From: Gammaproteobacteria bacterium
Lineage (GTDB): Bacteria; Pseudomonadota; Gammaproteobacteria; JAJDYQ01
NCBI GenBank assembly: GCA_965214035.1
Contig: OZ243932.1
Span: 1,768,305 to 1,832,304, forward strand
Direction of reading: 5' to 3'
DNA: 64,000 bases
Below the pieces are notes generated by a model. The model was not told where the DNA came from, did no database searches, and saw only the letters and a program-made list of their open reading frames with translations. Below, piece by piece: positions 29,749 to 41,126 of this stretch (position 1 is the stretch's first letter; each line of letters opens with the position of its first letter). The translations under genes and the position numbers were made by a program.

Positions 29749-30786
29749 TCAAGGCAAGGATAATCTTTTGAATAAATCCGGCTCAGGAATAGGCATACTG
29801 TTTTCCCCTCTCCCTATTGTTCTCCCGTTCAGCGATACAATTTTAGTCTCTGGATTAAAATATCTAACCACATTGACAAGCCCTGAACCGGTTGTATAGA
29901 TCAATCCGGCCTTTGCCAATATCAAAATATCTATCAAGGCGTCTCTCTCCTGGGCATACACGGCATCTCTCACCTGGTTATCGCAGTTCACAAATGGGAC
30001 AAAATCAAGATGAAGACACTTGTCATCGCAAGAGCGTTTTATATCTCGTGCGAATACCCGCCCTGGAAATACCGCCTTCATCTCGTCAATGAACTCTGTC
30101 TGATCCGAACACGCAAAAATGCTGCATTGACTGTCCAGCACTTCTTTTAGATAGGCAACATACGGCTTGAGGTCTATTCTGTATTTCCTTCGGTATGCCC
30201 CGTCCTTATGCTTCCTTATATCTGTACCACGATAATGGACGGCCACCCAATCTCCCTTGATATGGCTTTCAAACCATTTATTCGCAGACTTTTGGAGGTC
30301 TTCCTTAATGGACAGTCGGGTGAGTACTTCATGCCCATATTTGGAGGAAATAAAACGATGCCCAATCTGGTCTATACGACTATTCACAATAACCTGCCGG
30401 GCGGAACGGTGTTTTTGCTCTGCTCTGTTCGTTGAGTTAGCCAGAGTATTATTCTCGAAATGTCGCCACATTGCATTGGAAGGATGCTTAAACTTCAGAG
30501 TGATGCCCCATCTTTCCAGAAACCATGCGATAATAACCATGGCATTCAATGATGGGCCAACGGGGCGATAGCATGCCCAGTCCACAGTGATAATGTCGGT
30601 ATTGGCCGTATTTCGATAGAGTAATAATACCTCCTTGAAAAAAATTGCTACAGCACGCGCCTTCCTGAAAAAATTTGCTACAGCACGCGCCTTCGCCTTG
30701 TTAAGAGAAACTCCTTTGAGGCTTATTTTGACCTTGTTTTTAGACATTAACACAGAAGGACTTTTCCAGAATTGACTGTCTGACAA
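29749..30786 (-). CDS. NodZ-like / GT-B fucosyltransferase family protein
   Basis: WVAVHYRGTD (motif I), IFACSDQ (motif II), DALIDILILAK..IYTTGS (motif III); AT-richer than neighbours. Confidence 0.65.
   Translation of the reverse strand: MSDSQFWKSPSVLMSKNKVKISLKGVSLNKAKARAVANFFRKARAVAIFFKEVLLLYRNTANTDIITVDWACYRPVGPSLNAMVIIAWFLERWGITLKFKHPSNAMWRHFENNTLANSTNRAEQKHRSARQVIVNSRIDQIGHRFISSKYGHEVLTRLSIKEDLQKSANKWFESHIKGDWVAVHYRGTDIRKHKDGAYRRKYRIDLKPYVAYLKEVLDSQCSIFACSDQTEFIDEMKAVFPGRVFARDIKRSCDDKCLHLDFVPFVNCDNQVRDAVYAQERDALIDILILAKAGLIYTTGSGLVNVVRYFNPETKIVSLNGRTIGRGENSMPIPEPDLFKRLSLP
30635..30694. repeat. 30-bp in-frame tandem duplication (2 copies)
   Basis: ttgaaaaaaattgctacagcacgcgccttc / ctgaaaaaatttgctacagcacgcgccttc, encoding KARAVANFFR / KARAVAIFFK. 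Confidence 0.9.
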
Positions 30787-30962
30787 CGCCTATCAGAGAA
30801 AGGGGAAATTGCCTACCAGCAATATACTGTACTGGCTGGTTCTTTGATTTGCAACATCGTTATTCCTGAACCTGATTAGTTCAGGGGCGAATGTACATAA
30901 TACTCGTTTTATGTTAGGATAATAAGCTACCAGTGCATTATATGGCAGCATTAAGGCTTAGC

Positions 30963-31328
30963 GTGAGTATGATTCAGCCTGAAATTTACGATGCCCTGAT
31001 CAGGCGGCATGCCTGGGGAGCGGGTCCGCGCCTTAACAGAAAATCTGGCAGAGATCACAAAACCGATGCAGTAACCATGCAGGCGACTATCGATGAGCTG
31101 CGGTCAGCAGTGAGAATCGGAATGGCAGCAGTCCAACCTGGGCTGAAAATCAGAATCATTGAGATCAAAGCAAAAGTGGTCAAGTTCAGCCTTGAACTGC
31201 AGGATGGGATGACCGGACTCAAAACTGCGCTGATTAAGTGTATGATGCCATTATTGCGCCGGCAACTGTTCGGCAGCACAGCAACAGTTGCAGGCTTTAT
31301 AGTCATCCTCGTCAAGTATCTACCCTGA
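30963..31328 (+). CDS. DUF1640/CCDC90-like coiled-coil protein, probably degenerate
   Basis: MSMIQPEIYDALI N-terminus, coiled middle, ALIKCMMPLL..Q..GFIVILVKYLP C-terminal anchor; hairpin acccgg-tggg-ccgggt-tt directly after stop. Confidence 0.45.
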   Translation: MSMIQPEIYDALIRRHAWGAGPRLNRKSGRDHKTDAVTMQATIDELRSAVRIGMAAVQPGLKIRIIEIKAKVVKFSLELQDGMTGLKTALIKCMMPLLRRQLFGSTATVAGFIVILVKYLP

Positions 31329-31366
31329 CCCGGTGGGCCGGGTTTGACCGTTGGAGGTGTGCCCAG

Positions 31367-33154
31367 ATGGTCTCTGAACACAATAGTGCGGGTGTGTCCG
31401 GTACATTTTTTCACGGCAGTTCTGCTGAAATGCCTGATCATCTATCCATGCGGCCTTTCGATTATGATTTGTCCGGCGAGACCCATCAGCGCGATGTACT
31501 GCATGAGCAGATAGCCCTGCTTTACAGGTCGCTGTTTATCAGCGGCTTCAGCAATATTGTCGCCGGGTTCTTGTTTGCGACCTTTATGTGGCCATTCTCG
31601 TCGCATAATGAACTGTTAATCTGGCTTGTGATGCTGATGGTTGTGTCCTGCACCCGGTTGTTGTTCGCGTTTTTGTTCAGCAGGGAGGCTGCCCGGTTTT
31701 CCGACACGGTCTGGCAGAGACTGTTTATGTCCGGGGCGGTCGTGTCGGGTCTTATCTGGGGGTTGGGGGCCTTGTGGTTCTTTACTGATAGCTCCGCCGT
31801 ATTGCAGGTTGCCTTGGCCTTTACTGTGTTCGCCATCAGTGCCGGTGCGGTGGCAACACATGCCTTTCAGTGGCAGCCGTCGGTCGCTTTTATTGTCCTG
31901 ACCATCCTGCCGCTTGATATCCTGATGCTGCTGCAAGGCGGATACCTGAATTATGCTCTGGCGGCGGTGTTGTCCTATTCCATCCTGTTTCTCTCCCTCA
32001 CCGCTCTGAGGGTCTATAACGTCACTCTGACTAATATCAAAACCCGGCTGGAAGCCATCGAGAAAGGAAAGCATCTGGAGTACAGCAGTATTTTTCAGCG
32101 CAATCTGTTGTCGGATATGGCTGATGCCCTGATTACTCTGGACAATCAGGGCAGTGTGCTGCTTTCCAATACTGCCGCGGAGAGGCTATTCGGCTATCAG
32201 GGCGCGGAACTCCGACATTGCAAGATCAGCGAGCTGCTGACTTTGCCGGAGATTGATACCAGAGTTTCCCGGCATATCAAAACCACTGCCACTCATCACG
32301 ACGGTCATCAATTTATGGTTGAGCTGGTCACAACACCAATAAAATTGAGGGATAAAATCATTATTTCCTGTCTGTTACGCGATATGACAGAACGCCAGCA
32401 GTATGAGCAGATGCTCATTAATGCACGGGATGAGGCCGAGTCGGCAAACCGCGCCAAGTCCGAGTTTTTGTCGAGTATGAGCCATGAGTTACGCACTCCC
32501 CTGAACGCTATTCTGGGTTTTTCCCAGTTGCTCGAAATGAGCCTGCAGGATGAGGAAAATATCGCTTCAGTACGGCAGATTCTTGTGGCCGGAGAGCATC
32601 TGCTGGCACTGATCAATGATGTTCTGGATTTGTCCAAAATCGAGGCCGGGCATTTTGAGGTGGAGAGCGAGTCGGTCGATATCGAGCCGCTTGTCACGGA
32701 ATGTATCGAGCTGACCCGCCCACTTGCTGAAAAAGGGAATATCCAAATCAGCAGCCGGTTCTCGAATGACGGGGAAACCGCATTGCAGGCCGACAGACGA
32801 CGACTGAAACAGATATTGATCAATCTGTTGTCTAATGCCATCAAATATAATCGGGTCAATGGTTCGGTTACGGTCGTCTCTGAGCAGACCCGCGATAGAC
32901 GGCTGCGCATCACTATTTCAGATACCGGAGCAGGCGTGGCAAAAGAAAAGCAGTCATCCATATTTCAGCCGTTTGAGCGGGCCGGAATTGACCATATTTC
33001 AGGCATTGAAGGTACGGGTATCGGTCTGGCGGTGACGCAGAAGCTGCTGGAGATGATGAACGGTGAAATTGACATGTCGAGCGTACCCGGCGAGGGAAGT
33101 TCTTTCTGGATTACGCTACCTCTGAGCATGGCGGATGATACCGTCAGAGAGTAG
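31367..33154 (+). CDS. Membrane sensor histidine kinase (multi-TM, PAS, HisKA, HATPase)
   Basis: FLSSMSHELRTPLNAILG H-box, QILINLLSNAIKY, DTGAG, GTGIGL; GGAGG RBS before ATG 31367; no response regulator nearby. Confidence 0.92.
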   Translation: MVSEHNSAGVSGTFFHGSSAEMPDHLSMRPFDYDLSGETHQRDVLHEQIALLYRSLFISGFSNIVAGFLFATFMWPFSSHNELLIWLVMLMVVSCTRLLFAFLFSREAARFSDTVWQRLFMSGAVVSGLIWGLGALWFFTDSSAVLQVALAFTVFAISAGAVATHAFQWQPSVAFIVLTILPLDILMLLQGGYLNYALAAVLSYSILFLSLTALRVYNVTLTNIKTRLEAIEKGKHLEYSSIFQRNLLSDMADALITLDNQGSVLLSNTAAERLFGYQGAELRHCKISELLTLPEIDTRVSRHIKTTATHHDGHQFMVELVTTPIKLRDKIIISCLLRDMTERQQYEQMLINARDEAESANRAKSEFLSSMSHELRTPLNAILGFSQLLEMSLQDEENIASVRQILVAGEHLLALINDVLDLSKIEAGHFEVESESVDIEPLVTECIELTRPLAEKGNIQISSRFSNDGETALQADRRRLKQILINLLSNAIKYNRVNGSVTVVSEQTRDRRLRITISDTGAGVAKEKQSSIFQPFERAGIDHISGIEGTGIGLAVTQKLLEMMNGEIDMSSVPGEGSSFWITLPLSMADDTVRE

Positions 33155-33294
33155 CGTTGCCCGTTCAATCCGCATGATCGCCCCGCTGGTTTTCCGATAA
33201 AAACTCCAGAGAGATACAAGGCATTCCACCGCTGTATCCGGGTTTTATACTTTCATGTAGAATGCCTCCCCTTTGTATCCGGGACATTCAATAT

Positions 33295-33831
33295 ATGGAA
33301 CCATTTCAGGGCACTACTATCCTGTCGGTCCGCCGCGATGGTCGGGTCGCCGTCGGCGGAGACGGACAGGTCTCGACAGGCAGTACGGTCATGAAGGGTA
33401 ATGCGTGCAAGGTGCGCCGCCTGTATCATGAAAAAGTGCTTGCCGGATTTGCAGGTGGCACCGCCGATGCCTTTACTTTGTTTGAACGCTTTGAGGGCAA
33501 ACTGGAAACCCATGGCGGGAATCTGTTAAGGGCTGCGGTCGAGCTGGCCAAGGATTGGCGAACTGATCGTATGCTGAGACGACTGGAGGCAATGCTGGCT
33601 GTCGCTGACCTTGAGGCATCTCTGGTTATTTCCGGTAATGGTGATGTCATTCAGCCTGAAAATGATATTATGGCTATCGGTTCCGGTGGTATGTTCGCTT
33701 TGTCAGCGGCTGTCGCACTGTTTGAGAATACAGAGCTGCCGGCACGTACTATTGTGGAAAAGGGCCTGAATGTCGCCGCCGGTATTTGTGTCTATACCAA
33801 CTCCAGCCTGACGATTGAGGAATTGGGATAG
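33295..33831 (+). CDS. hslV: ATP-dependent protease subunit HslV
   Basis: [31 protein letters not shown]. Confidence 0.97.
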   Translation: MEPFQGTTILSVRRDGRVAVGGDGQVSTGSTVMKGNACKVRRLYHEKVLAGFAGGTADAFTLFERFEGKLETHGGNLLRAAVELAKDWRTDRMLRRLEAMLAVADLEASLVISGNGDVIQPENDIMAIGSGGMFALSAAVALFENTELPARTIVEKGLNVAAGICVYTNSSLTIEELG

Positions 33832-33862
33832 GTCTCCCCGACACCTCAAGGAATGTGTCATT

Positions 33863-35197
33863 ATGTCTGAATTAAATCCCAAACAGATTGTCGCCGAGCT
33901 CGATAAACATATTGTCGGTCAGGAGGCCGCCAAGCGTGCTGTGGCCATCGCTCTGCGTAACCGCTGGCGCCGTTTGCAGCTTGATGAAGAGCTGCGCAAT
34001 GAAATCACTCCCAAGAATATCCTGATGATCGGCCCTACCGGTGTCGGCAAAACAGAGATTTCCCGCCGTCTGGCAAAACTGGCAAATGCCCCATTTATCA
34101 AGGTAGAAGCAACCCGGTTCACCGAAGTTGGCTATGTCGGCAAAGAGGTTGATTCAATCATCCGGGATCTGGTCGATGTCGCAGTAAAACAGACACGCGA
34201 AAGCGCCATGGAAAATGTCAGGGAGCAGGCCGAGGCCAAAGCCGAAGAACGCATACTTGATGCCTTGCTGCCCACACCCCATGCACCGGGCTTTGATAAT
34301 ATCGACGACCATGGGCCGAATAATACAACCCGCGAAAAGTTTCGCTCCAAGCTGCATCGCGGCGAACTGGAAGACAGGGAGATTGAAATCGAAGTCTCCG
34401 GAACAACTATCGGCGTGGAGATCATGGCACCACCTGGCATGGAGGAGATGACCAATCAGTTACAGGGCATGTTCCAGAATCTGTCTAATACCAAGAAGTC
34501 CAACCGGCGCCTGAAAGTCTCCGATGCCCGTCAATTGTTGCGGGATGACGAGGCCGCCAAACTTGTCAATGAAGAGGAAATCAAGCTTCATGCACTGGAA
34601 AATGTAGAACAGAACGGTATTGTCTTCATCGACGAAATCGACAAGGTAACCAGGCACGGCGGACAAAATGGCCCGGATGTGTCTCGCGAAGGCGTACAGC
34701 GCGATCTGCTACCACTGGTTGAAGGTTGCTCTGTCAATACCAAATACGGCATAATAAAGACTGACCATGTGTTATTCATCGCTTCCGGCGCGTTTTTGCT
34801 TTCCAAACCCTCTGACCTTATCCCCGAATTGCAGGGCCGCCTGCCTATCCGGGTCGAGTTCGATGCACTAAAAACAGAGGATTTCGTGCGAATCCTGACT
34901 GAACCGGATGCCAGCCTGACCGAGCAGTATGTTGCTCTGATGGCCACTGAGGGGGTCAATATCGAGTTTGCCGAGGATGGGGTTCGCCGGGTCGCTGAGG
35001 TAGCCTATTCCGTTAATGAAAGAATTGAAAATATCGGGGCCCGTCGCCTGCATACTGTTATGGAGCGCCTGCTTGAAGATGTTTCGTTCAAGGCATCGGA
35101 TATGGAAGGAGCCCTGATTTGCATTGACAATGCGTTTGTTGATCATAATTTGTCCGAGTTTTCCAGGGATGAAGATCTCAGTCGTTATATTTTATAG
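33863..35197 (+). CDS. hslU: ATP-dependent protease ATPase subunit HslU
   Basis: [34 protein letters not shown]. Confidence 0.97.
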   Translation: MSELNPKQIVAELDKHIVGQEAAKRAVAIALRNRWRRLQLDEELRNEITPKNILMIGPTGVGKTEISRRLAKLANAPFIKVEATRFTEVGYVGKEVDSIIRDLVDVAVKQTRESAMENVREQAEAKAEERILDALLPTPHAPGFDNIDDHGPNNTTREKFRSKLHRGELEDREIEIEVSGTTIGVEIMAPPGMEEMTNQLQGMFQNLSNTKKSNRRLKVSDARQLLRDDEAAKLVNEEEIKLHALENVEQNGIVFIDEIDKVTRHGGQNGPDVSREGVQRDLLPLVEGCSVNTKYGIIKTDHVLFIASGAFLLSKPSDLIPELQGRLPIRVEFDALKTEDFVRILTEPDASLTEQYVALMATEGVNIEFAEDGVRRVAEVAYSVNERIENIGARRLHTVMERLLEDVSFKASDMEGALICIDNAFVDHNLSEFSRDEDLSRYIL

Positions 35198-35208
35198 AGC
35201 CAGTCATT

Positions 35209-35577
35209 ATGTCCCGTAATAACCCTGTCCCCACCGAACTGAATTATGATGCTGCAACAAGGCTACTCACCGTCAGGTTTGATGAGGGCAGTGTGTTTGA
35301 TCTGTCAGCAGAATATCTGCGCACGCATTCGCCTTCGGCAGAGGTTCAGGGCCATGGGCCGGAATCTTACAAATTACAAATCGGCAAGAGGGATGTAAAA
35401 ATCGAGAAAATCGAACCCGTAGGCCACTATGCGGTCTGCATTGTGTTCGATGATGGACATGATTCCGGTATTTTTTCATGGGACTGGCTTTATAGTCTGG
35501 GCACGAATCAGAACAGTAACTGGCAGAAATATCTGGCTGCCTTAAAGGCGGCCGGGCATAAGCATCCGGAGCTTTAG
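35209..35577 (+). CDS. DUF971 family protein
   Basis: [35 protein letters not shown]; conserved hslU-ubiE position. Confidence 0.9.
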   Translation: MSRNNPVPTELNYDAATRLLTVRFDEGSVFDLSAEYLRTHSPSAEVQGHGPESYKLQIGKRDVKIEKIEPVGHYAVCIVFDDGHDSGIFSWDWLYSLGTNQNSNWQKYLAALKAAGHKHPEL

Positions 35578-35590
35578 CAAGCTCTATTTC

Positions 35591-36364
35591 ATGCTGTATC
35601 CAATGGTTGATGCTACAGACAAAAAATGCTATGTCGATTTCGGCTACGAGGATGTGCCCTACGATGAAAAATCCCGGCGGGTAAAGCAGGTCTTTGATTC
35701 TGTCGCCGACAGGTATGATGTAATGAATGATGTCATGTCCTGTGGCCTGCATCGTCTCTGGAAGCGTTTTACTGTCAGCCTGTGCCAGCTCAGGCCGGGT
35801 AACCGGGTGCTGGATCTGGCCAGTGGTACCGGCGATCTGGCTGCCCGCATGTGGCCAACAATCGGCCACAACGGTGAACTGGTCGTTGCCGATATTAATC
35901 CTGCCATGCTCAGCCATGGTCGTGACCGTCTGATTGACAAAGGCATCGGCAGCAATGTCAGATATGTGCTGGCCGATGCCGAGTCATTACCGTTCCCGGA
36001 TCGCTTTTTTGATGTCATTACTATTGGCTTTGGCCTGCGCAATGTCACGGCAAAGCAAAATGCTCTGCGCTCCATGTATCACTGCCTGAAACCAGGAGGA
36101 CGCTTGCTGGTGCTGGAGTTTTCAAAACCCGCTGTGCCGGGATTGAGCCGGCTATATGATTTATATTCCTTTTCTGTGCTGCCCAAAATGGGCCGGACTA
36201 TCGCCGGCGATGAAGACAGTTATCGCTATCTGGCGGAGTCTATCCGACGACACCCGGATCAAGAGACACTAAAGTGCATGATGCAGGAGGCCGGCTTTGA
36301 GAGCTGTCAGTTCTACAATCTGGCAGGCGGCATCGTCGCCATACATCGAGGTTACCGGTTTTGA
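35591..36364 (+). CDS. ubiE: Ubiquinone/menaquinone C-methyltransferase
   Basis: [42 protein letters not shown]. Confidence 0.96.
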   Translation: MLYPMVDATDKKCYVDFGYEDVPYDEKSRRVKQVFDSVADRYDVMNDVMSCGLHRLWKRFTVSLCQLRPGNRVLDLASGTGDLAARMWPTIGHNGELVVADINPAMLSHGRDRLIDKGIGSNVRYVLADAESLPFPDRFFDVITIGFGLRNVTAKQNALRSMYHCLKPGGRLLVLEFSKPAVPGLSRLYDLYSFSVLPKMGRTIAGDEDSYRYLAESIRRHPDQETLKCMMQEAGFESCQFYNLAGGIVAIHRGYRF

Positions 36365-36957
36365 GATTGCCCGGAGTTATCCTCGCTGGTATTGAGACCA
36401 CCTTTAATCGTTTGCTTATGGAGCAACCCGACCTGATCTGTCCCGCTCTGGGTGGTCGGTGTATCTGCCTTAACCTGACCGGTGTCGATCTGGCATTGTT
36501 CTTCCGGTTTACTGCTGACCACGTTATTTTGCTGGATGAATTTGAGCAATGTGCCGATGCCACCATATCCGGCACTCCACTGGCCCTGGTCAGCGCAGGT
36601 TCCGGCAACAATACTCACGATCTCCGATTCGACGGCGACCTGCAGGCCGCTCGGGCATTCGGAGATTTACTGCAGGGCATTGACCCTGACTGGGAGGAAT
36701 GGTTATCCCGTTATGCTGGAGATACCATCGCTTTTCATATCGGCGAAACAATTCGTTATTGGCGACAGTGGGGGGGACAGGCCAAACAGGCTTTTGCCGA
36801 AGACCTGAGAGATTATTGGCAGATCGAGACCCGGCAATTGCCTGTCAGGGATGAGGTTGATCAGTTTGTCCGTGGTGTCGATGAGCTGCGGGCGGATGTC
36901 GAACGCTTTGCAATGCGTGTGCAGCGATTGCATCGCCGGATTGGTAGCGATGGATGA
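36361..36957 (+). CDS. ubiJ: Ubiquinone biosynthesis accessory factor (SCP2)
   Basis: [16 protein letters not shown]-terminal coiled coil; between ubiE and ubiB. Confidence 0.88.
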   Translation: MRLPGVILAGIETTFNRLLMEQPDLICPALGGRCICLNLTGVDLALFFRFTADHVILLDEFEQCADATISGTPLALVSAGSGNNTHDLRFDGDLQAARAFGDLLQGIDPDWEEWLSRYAGDTIAFHIGETIRYWRQWGGQAKQAFAEDLRDYWQIETRQLPVRDEVDQFVRGVDELRADVERFAMRVQRLHRRIGSDG

Positions 36958-37065
36958 TAAACCGGTGATGGATATAGACCTGACACAGGAGCCTGATATT
37001 CAAGACCCTTCTGGAAGGGGCAGCACCATAAAATTCCCACCTGGACAGAACGAGGCTGACGCCAC

Positions 37066-38712
37066 ATGATCGGCCTGAGACAATTTTTTCGTCTGTTCCT
37101 CATTAACCGTGTTCTGGTTCGGCACGGCCTGGATGAGATTGTCCTGGAGGCACATATCCTCAGGCCGTTACGCTTTCTTGTCCATGCTGCACCCTGGAAT
37201 TGGTTCTCTCACCACAAGGAGCCTCTCGGCAAGCGAATTCGCATGGCACTCGAAGACCTTGGGCCAATCTTTATCAAGTTCGGGCAGATGCTTTCCACTC
37301 GTCGGGATCTGTTACCTTCGGGCATTGCCGAGGAACTGGCATTGTTGCAGGACAGGGTACCTCCGTTTCCAGGCAATCAGGCACGGGCCATGATCGAGAG
37401 CAGCCTGAGGCAGCCGATTGACCAGCTATTCGATGAATTCAGCGAGATACCTCTGGCTTCGGCTTCTATCGCTCAGGTACATACGGCCCGGCTGAAGGAT
37501 GGTCGCGAGGTAGTCATCAAGGTGTTACGGCCCGATGTTGAACGCTGGATCAGGCATGATCTGAGCATCCTTTATACCATTGCCAGACTGGCCAACCGTT
37601 ATTGGAGCGAGGGTAAGCGCCTGCGGCCCATCGAGGTCGTGCAAGAGTATGAAAAAACCCTGATGGATGAGCTTGATCTGATGCGAGAAGCCGCCAACGC
37701 CGCACAATTAAAGCGTAATTTTGAGGGTTCAGATTTACTTTATGTGCCGGAGGTGTATTGGGACTTCTGCCGCAGGGATGTGATGGTCATGGAGCGGATT
37801 CGTGGTGTGCCTATAGGCGACATGGATGCCCTGCGCACCGCTGGCGTCAATTTCCGTGAACTTTCTGAACGTGGTGTGGAAATTTTTTTCTCACAAGTAT
37901 TCTCTTATAACTTTTTCCATGCAGACATGCATCCAGGCAATATCTTTGTCGATGTCAGTGATCCCGAAAAGCCACGTTATATGGCCGTGGATTTCGGCAT
38001 TATGGGCAGTCTGTCACTTTCTGATAAACGTTATCTGGCTGAGAATTTTATCGCTTTCTTTGAGCGTGACTATTTCCGTGTGGCACAACTGCATGTGGAT
38101 TCACGCTGGGTGCCGGAGGATACCCGTGTCGATGAGTTTGAGGCCGCAATACGTACTGTCTGTGAGCCCATTTTTGAAAAGCCACTGAAAGATATTTCCT
38201 TCGGCCAGTTGTTACTGCGTCTGTTTCAAACCGCACGCCGCTTCAATATGGAAATACAGCCACAATTGGTGCTGTTACAGAAAACCCTGTTAAATATAGA
38301 GGGCCTGGGACGGACTTTATATGATGAGCTGGATTTGTGGGTTACCGCCAAGCCTTTTCTGGAAAGCTGGATGCGGGATCAGGTCGGATATCGCGCCCTG
38401 ATAAGGCAACTCAGACATGAGCTGCCGTTGTGGGGAGAGAAACTTCCGCAACTGCCCCTGCTGGCCCATGAGTTTCTAAAACAGGCCAATGAAGGAAAGC
38501 TGAAAACTGACCGACGCGATGAATCTCTGGAGGAAATTAAAAGCCATATCACCGCAAACGGCAACAGACGCAGCAGGGCTATTGCCGGTAGCGGCCTGTT
38601 CATTGGTGCCGCTATTCTGCCGGCAACAACATCACTGGCACCATGGATCCCGGCCCTTGTCGGTATCGCCGGAATAGGGCTGCTGGTCAGCAGCCTCTTC
38701 AGAGACAGTTGA
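37066..38712 (+). CDS. ubiB: Ubiquinone biosynthesis kinase-like protein
   Basis: [39 protein letters not shown]. Confidence 0.96.
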   Translation: MIGLRQFFRLFLINRVLVRHGLDEIVLEAHILRPLRFLVHAAPWNWFSHHKEPLGKRIRMALEDLGPIFIKFGQMLSTRRDLLPSGIAEELALLQDRVPPFPGNQARAMIESSLRQPIDQLFDEFSEIPLASASIAQVHTARLKDGREVVIKVLRPDVERWIRHDLSILYTIARLANRYWSEGKRLRPIEVVQEYEKTLMDELDLMREAANAAQLKRNFEGSDLLYVPEVYWDFCRRDVMVMERIRGVPIGDMDALRTAGVNFRELSERGVEIFFSQVFSYNFFHADMHPGNIFVDVSDPEKPRYMAVDFGIMGSLSLSDKRYLAENFIAFFERDYFRVAQLHVDSRWVPEDTRVDEFEAAIRTVCEPIFEKPLKDISFGQLLLRLFQTARRFNMEIQPQLVLLQKTLLNIEGLGRTLYDELDLWVTAKPFLESWMRDQVGYRALIRQLRHELPLWGEKLPQLPLLAHEFLKQANEGKLKTDRRDESLEEIKSHITANGNRRSRAIAGSGLFIGAAILPATTSLAPWIPALVGIAGIGLLVSSLFRDS

Positions 38713-38768
38713 ACCACCGAGGCAAATATGCTCCAATGGTTCATCAACAATGAGCTGCTTTTAGACAC

Positions 38769-39239
38769 ATGAAAAAATTGATTCTACTTTTCATCTCACA
38801 CGGGGCCGTTTTCTCATTGGGCTTCGCTGTCGGCATCTATATGCTACCCATTCTGATCGCACCAGAAGGACCTGATCAGGCCGAGGTCAGCAGGAGTGCC
38901 CGGGGAGCGAGCTATACCACTACGTTCAGGCGGGACTTGAAAGGTAGCGATCTCGTTCATTGGGGAGATGGTTCTCTATCCATCGGTCAGGATACCATTT
39001 CATTTATGGGCAAGCTGGCACCCGGCCCGGATTATAAGTTGTATCTGACACCAGAATATGTTGAAGACGAGGAACAGTTCAAGGCAATAAAAAGTCGATC
39101 AGCACGGGTCGGTGATGTGAAAACATTTGAAAATTTTGTTGTAGAGATACCGGACAATATCGACCCGGATGACTATACCACCGCCGTAGTCTGGTGCGAG
39201 ACTTTCAGCCAGTTCATTTCAGCAGGGGCTTACCGATAG
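38769..39239 (+). CDS. DM13 domain protein
   Basis: HWGDG, APGPDYKLYL, VVWCETFSQF. Confidence 0.85.
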   Translation: MKKLILLFISHGAVFSLGFAVGIYMLPILIAPEGPDQAEVSRSARGASYTTTFRRDLKGSDLVHWGDGSLSIGQDTISFMGKLAPGPDYKLYLTPEYVEDEEQFKAIKSRSARVGDVKTFENFVVEIPDNIDPDDYTTAVVWCETFSQFISAGAYR

Positions 39240-39339
39240 CCCGCATCCGGTACCGCTGCTGCCATACCTGTGCATCGGCTGCAACGGGCTGGGACCGGCG
39301 TCCTCCTGTGTATTATCCTGTCGGACTTTCACCACAAGG

Positions 39340-41112
39340 ATGAATGTGAAAGATCAGCTTATTGAATTGTTGACTGCAGCGGTCAACCAGCTCAGGGAAC
39401 AGGGCATCCTGGACATTGACCATATCCCTCCTCTGAAAGTGGAGCGCTCCCGCGATCCATCTCATGGCGATCTGGCCAGCAATATCGCACTTGTACTGGC
39501 CCGGCCTGCCAAAATGAGTCCGCTCGATCTGGCGCACAGAATTGTCGATTCCATGCCTGATGTTGACTGGCTGGAAAAAACAGAAATTGCAGGACCGGGA
39601 TTTATTAACTTCTTTCTGGAGTCCGCTCCGGTCAGCCGTATCATCCGTCAGATCCTGGAACAGGGCGATACCTTTGGATGCAATGAATCAGGCAGAGGCA
39701 TCAGGGTTCTAATCGAGTTTGTTTCGGCCAATCCGACCGGGCCTTTGCATATTGGCCATGGCCGGGGAGCTGCCTATGGGGCTTCTTTGTCCAGCCTGCT
39801 GCAAGCCAACGGTTATTCGGTACATAATGAATATTATGTGAATGACTCCGGGCGCCAGATGGATATACTCGCGGCCAGTGTCTGGCTACGCTACCTTGAG
39901 CTGGCCGGTGTACAACTGCCCTTTCCAGCAAGCGGCTATCAGGGTGATTATGTCTGGGATATAGGCGCGACCCTGCATCGGGAAAACGGCGATGCTTTCC
40001 GTCATCCGGCTGAATCTGTTACTGCCGGCCTGCCCACTGATGGGCCGGGCGACGATGGGGAGTTATACATTGATGCACTGATCAGCCGTTGTCGGTCTCT
40101 GCTCGGCGAAGAACACTATCGACTGATACACCAACAGGGACTGACGGAGGTCACCGCCAATATCGCACGCGACCTGCGTGAGTTCGGTGTGCAGTATGAT
40201 GAGTGGTTTGCGGAGTCTTCTCTCATGGAGAACCACTCCATTCAGGGGGTGATTAACCAATTACTGGAGTCCGGCAATATTGAAGAACGCGATGGCGCAT
40301 TGTGGTTTAAGTCTTCCACCTACGGCGATGAAAAAGACCGCGTCGTGCAACGCCATAACGGGCTGCATACCTATTTCGCTTCGGATATCGCTTATCACAT
40401 CAATAAACTGGAGCGTGGCTATGATCGCCTGATCAATATCTGGGGAGCCGACCATCATGGCTATATCGCCCGTGTCAGGGCCGCCATGACGGCACTGGGT
40501 ACCAAACCGGATCAGTTAGAGGTGATGCTCGTGCAGTTCGCCTGTCTTTATGAAGGCGGTGAGCAGGTCAGAATGTCAACCCGCTCCGGTCATTTCGTCA
40601 CCTTGCGCGAGCTGCGCCAGAATGCCGGCAATGATGCAGCCCGCTTTTTCTATGTCATGCGCCGACCAGACCAGCATCTGGATTTTGATATTGATCTGGC
40701 AAAATCCCGGTCCAACAAAAATCCGGTGTATTACATCCAGTATGCTCATGCCCGTGTCAGCAGTGTGTTCCGTGAACTGAAGGAGCGTGGCCTGCATTGG
40801 AATATGGAACAGGGCCTGAATAATCTGGAATATCTTGCTGAGGAGCAGGAACAGGAGCTAATCCGGGTCATGTGCAATTATGCAGAGCTGATCGCCAACG
40901 CGGGAAGCCGGCATGAACCACATCAGATTACCTATTATCTGCGTGAACTCGCTCAGGCCCTGCATTCCTGTTATAACGCCCACCAGTTTATAGTTGATGA
41001 TGAATGCCTGCGTAATGCCCGCCTCTGTCTGATCAGGGCGGCACAGCAGATCATCCGCAACGGCCTGCGCATTATCGGCGTCAGTGCTCCGGATGCAATG
41101 CACCGCGACTGA
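39340..41112 (+). CDS. argS: Arginine--tRNA ligase
   Basis: AGPGFINF, EFVSANPTGPLHIGH, WGADHHGY, YIQYAHAR. Confidence 0.97.
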   Translation: MNVKDQLIELLTAAVNQLREQGILDIDHIPPLKVERSRDPSHGDLASNIALVLARPAKMSPLDLAHRIVDSMPDVDWLEKTEIAGPGFINFFLESAPVSRIIRQILEQGDTFGCNESGRGIRVLIEFVSANPTGPLHIGHGRGAAYGASLSSLLQANGYSVHNEYYVNDSGRQMDILAASVWLRYLELAGVQLPFPASGYQGDYVWDIGATLHRENGDAFRHPAESVTAGLPTDGPGDDGELYIDALISRCRSLLGEEHYRLIHQQGLTEVTANIARDLREFGVQYDEWFAESSLMENHSIQGVINQLLESGNIEERDGALWFKSSTYGDEKDRVVQRHNGLHTYFASDIAYHINKLERGYDRLINIWGADHHGYIARVRAAMTALGTKPDQLEVMLVQFACLYEGGEQVRMSTRSGHFVTLRELRQNAGNDAARFFYVMRRPDQHLDFDIDLAKSRSNKNPVYYIQYAHARVSSVFRELKERGLHWNMEQGLNNLEYLAEEQEQELIRVMCNYAELIANAGSRHEPHQITYYLRELAQALHSCYNAHQFIVDDECLRNARLCLIRAAQQIIRNGLRIIGVSAPDAMHRD

Positions 41113-41126
41113 CACAACCATCTCGA

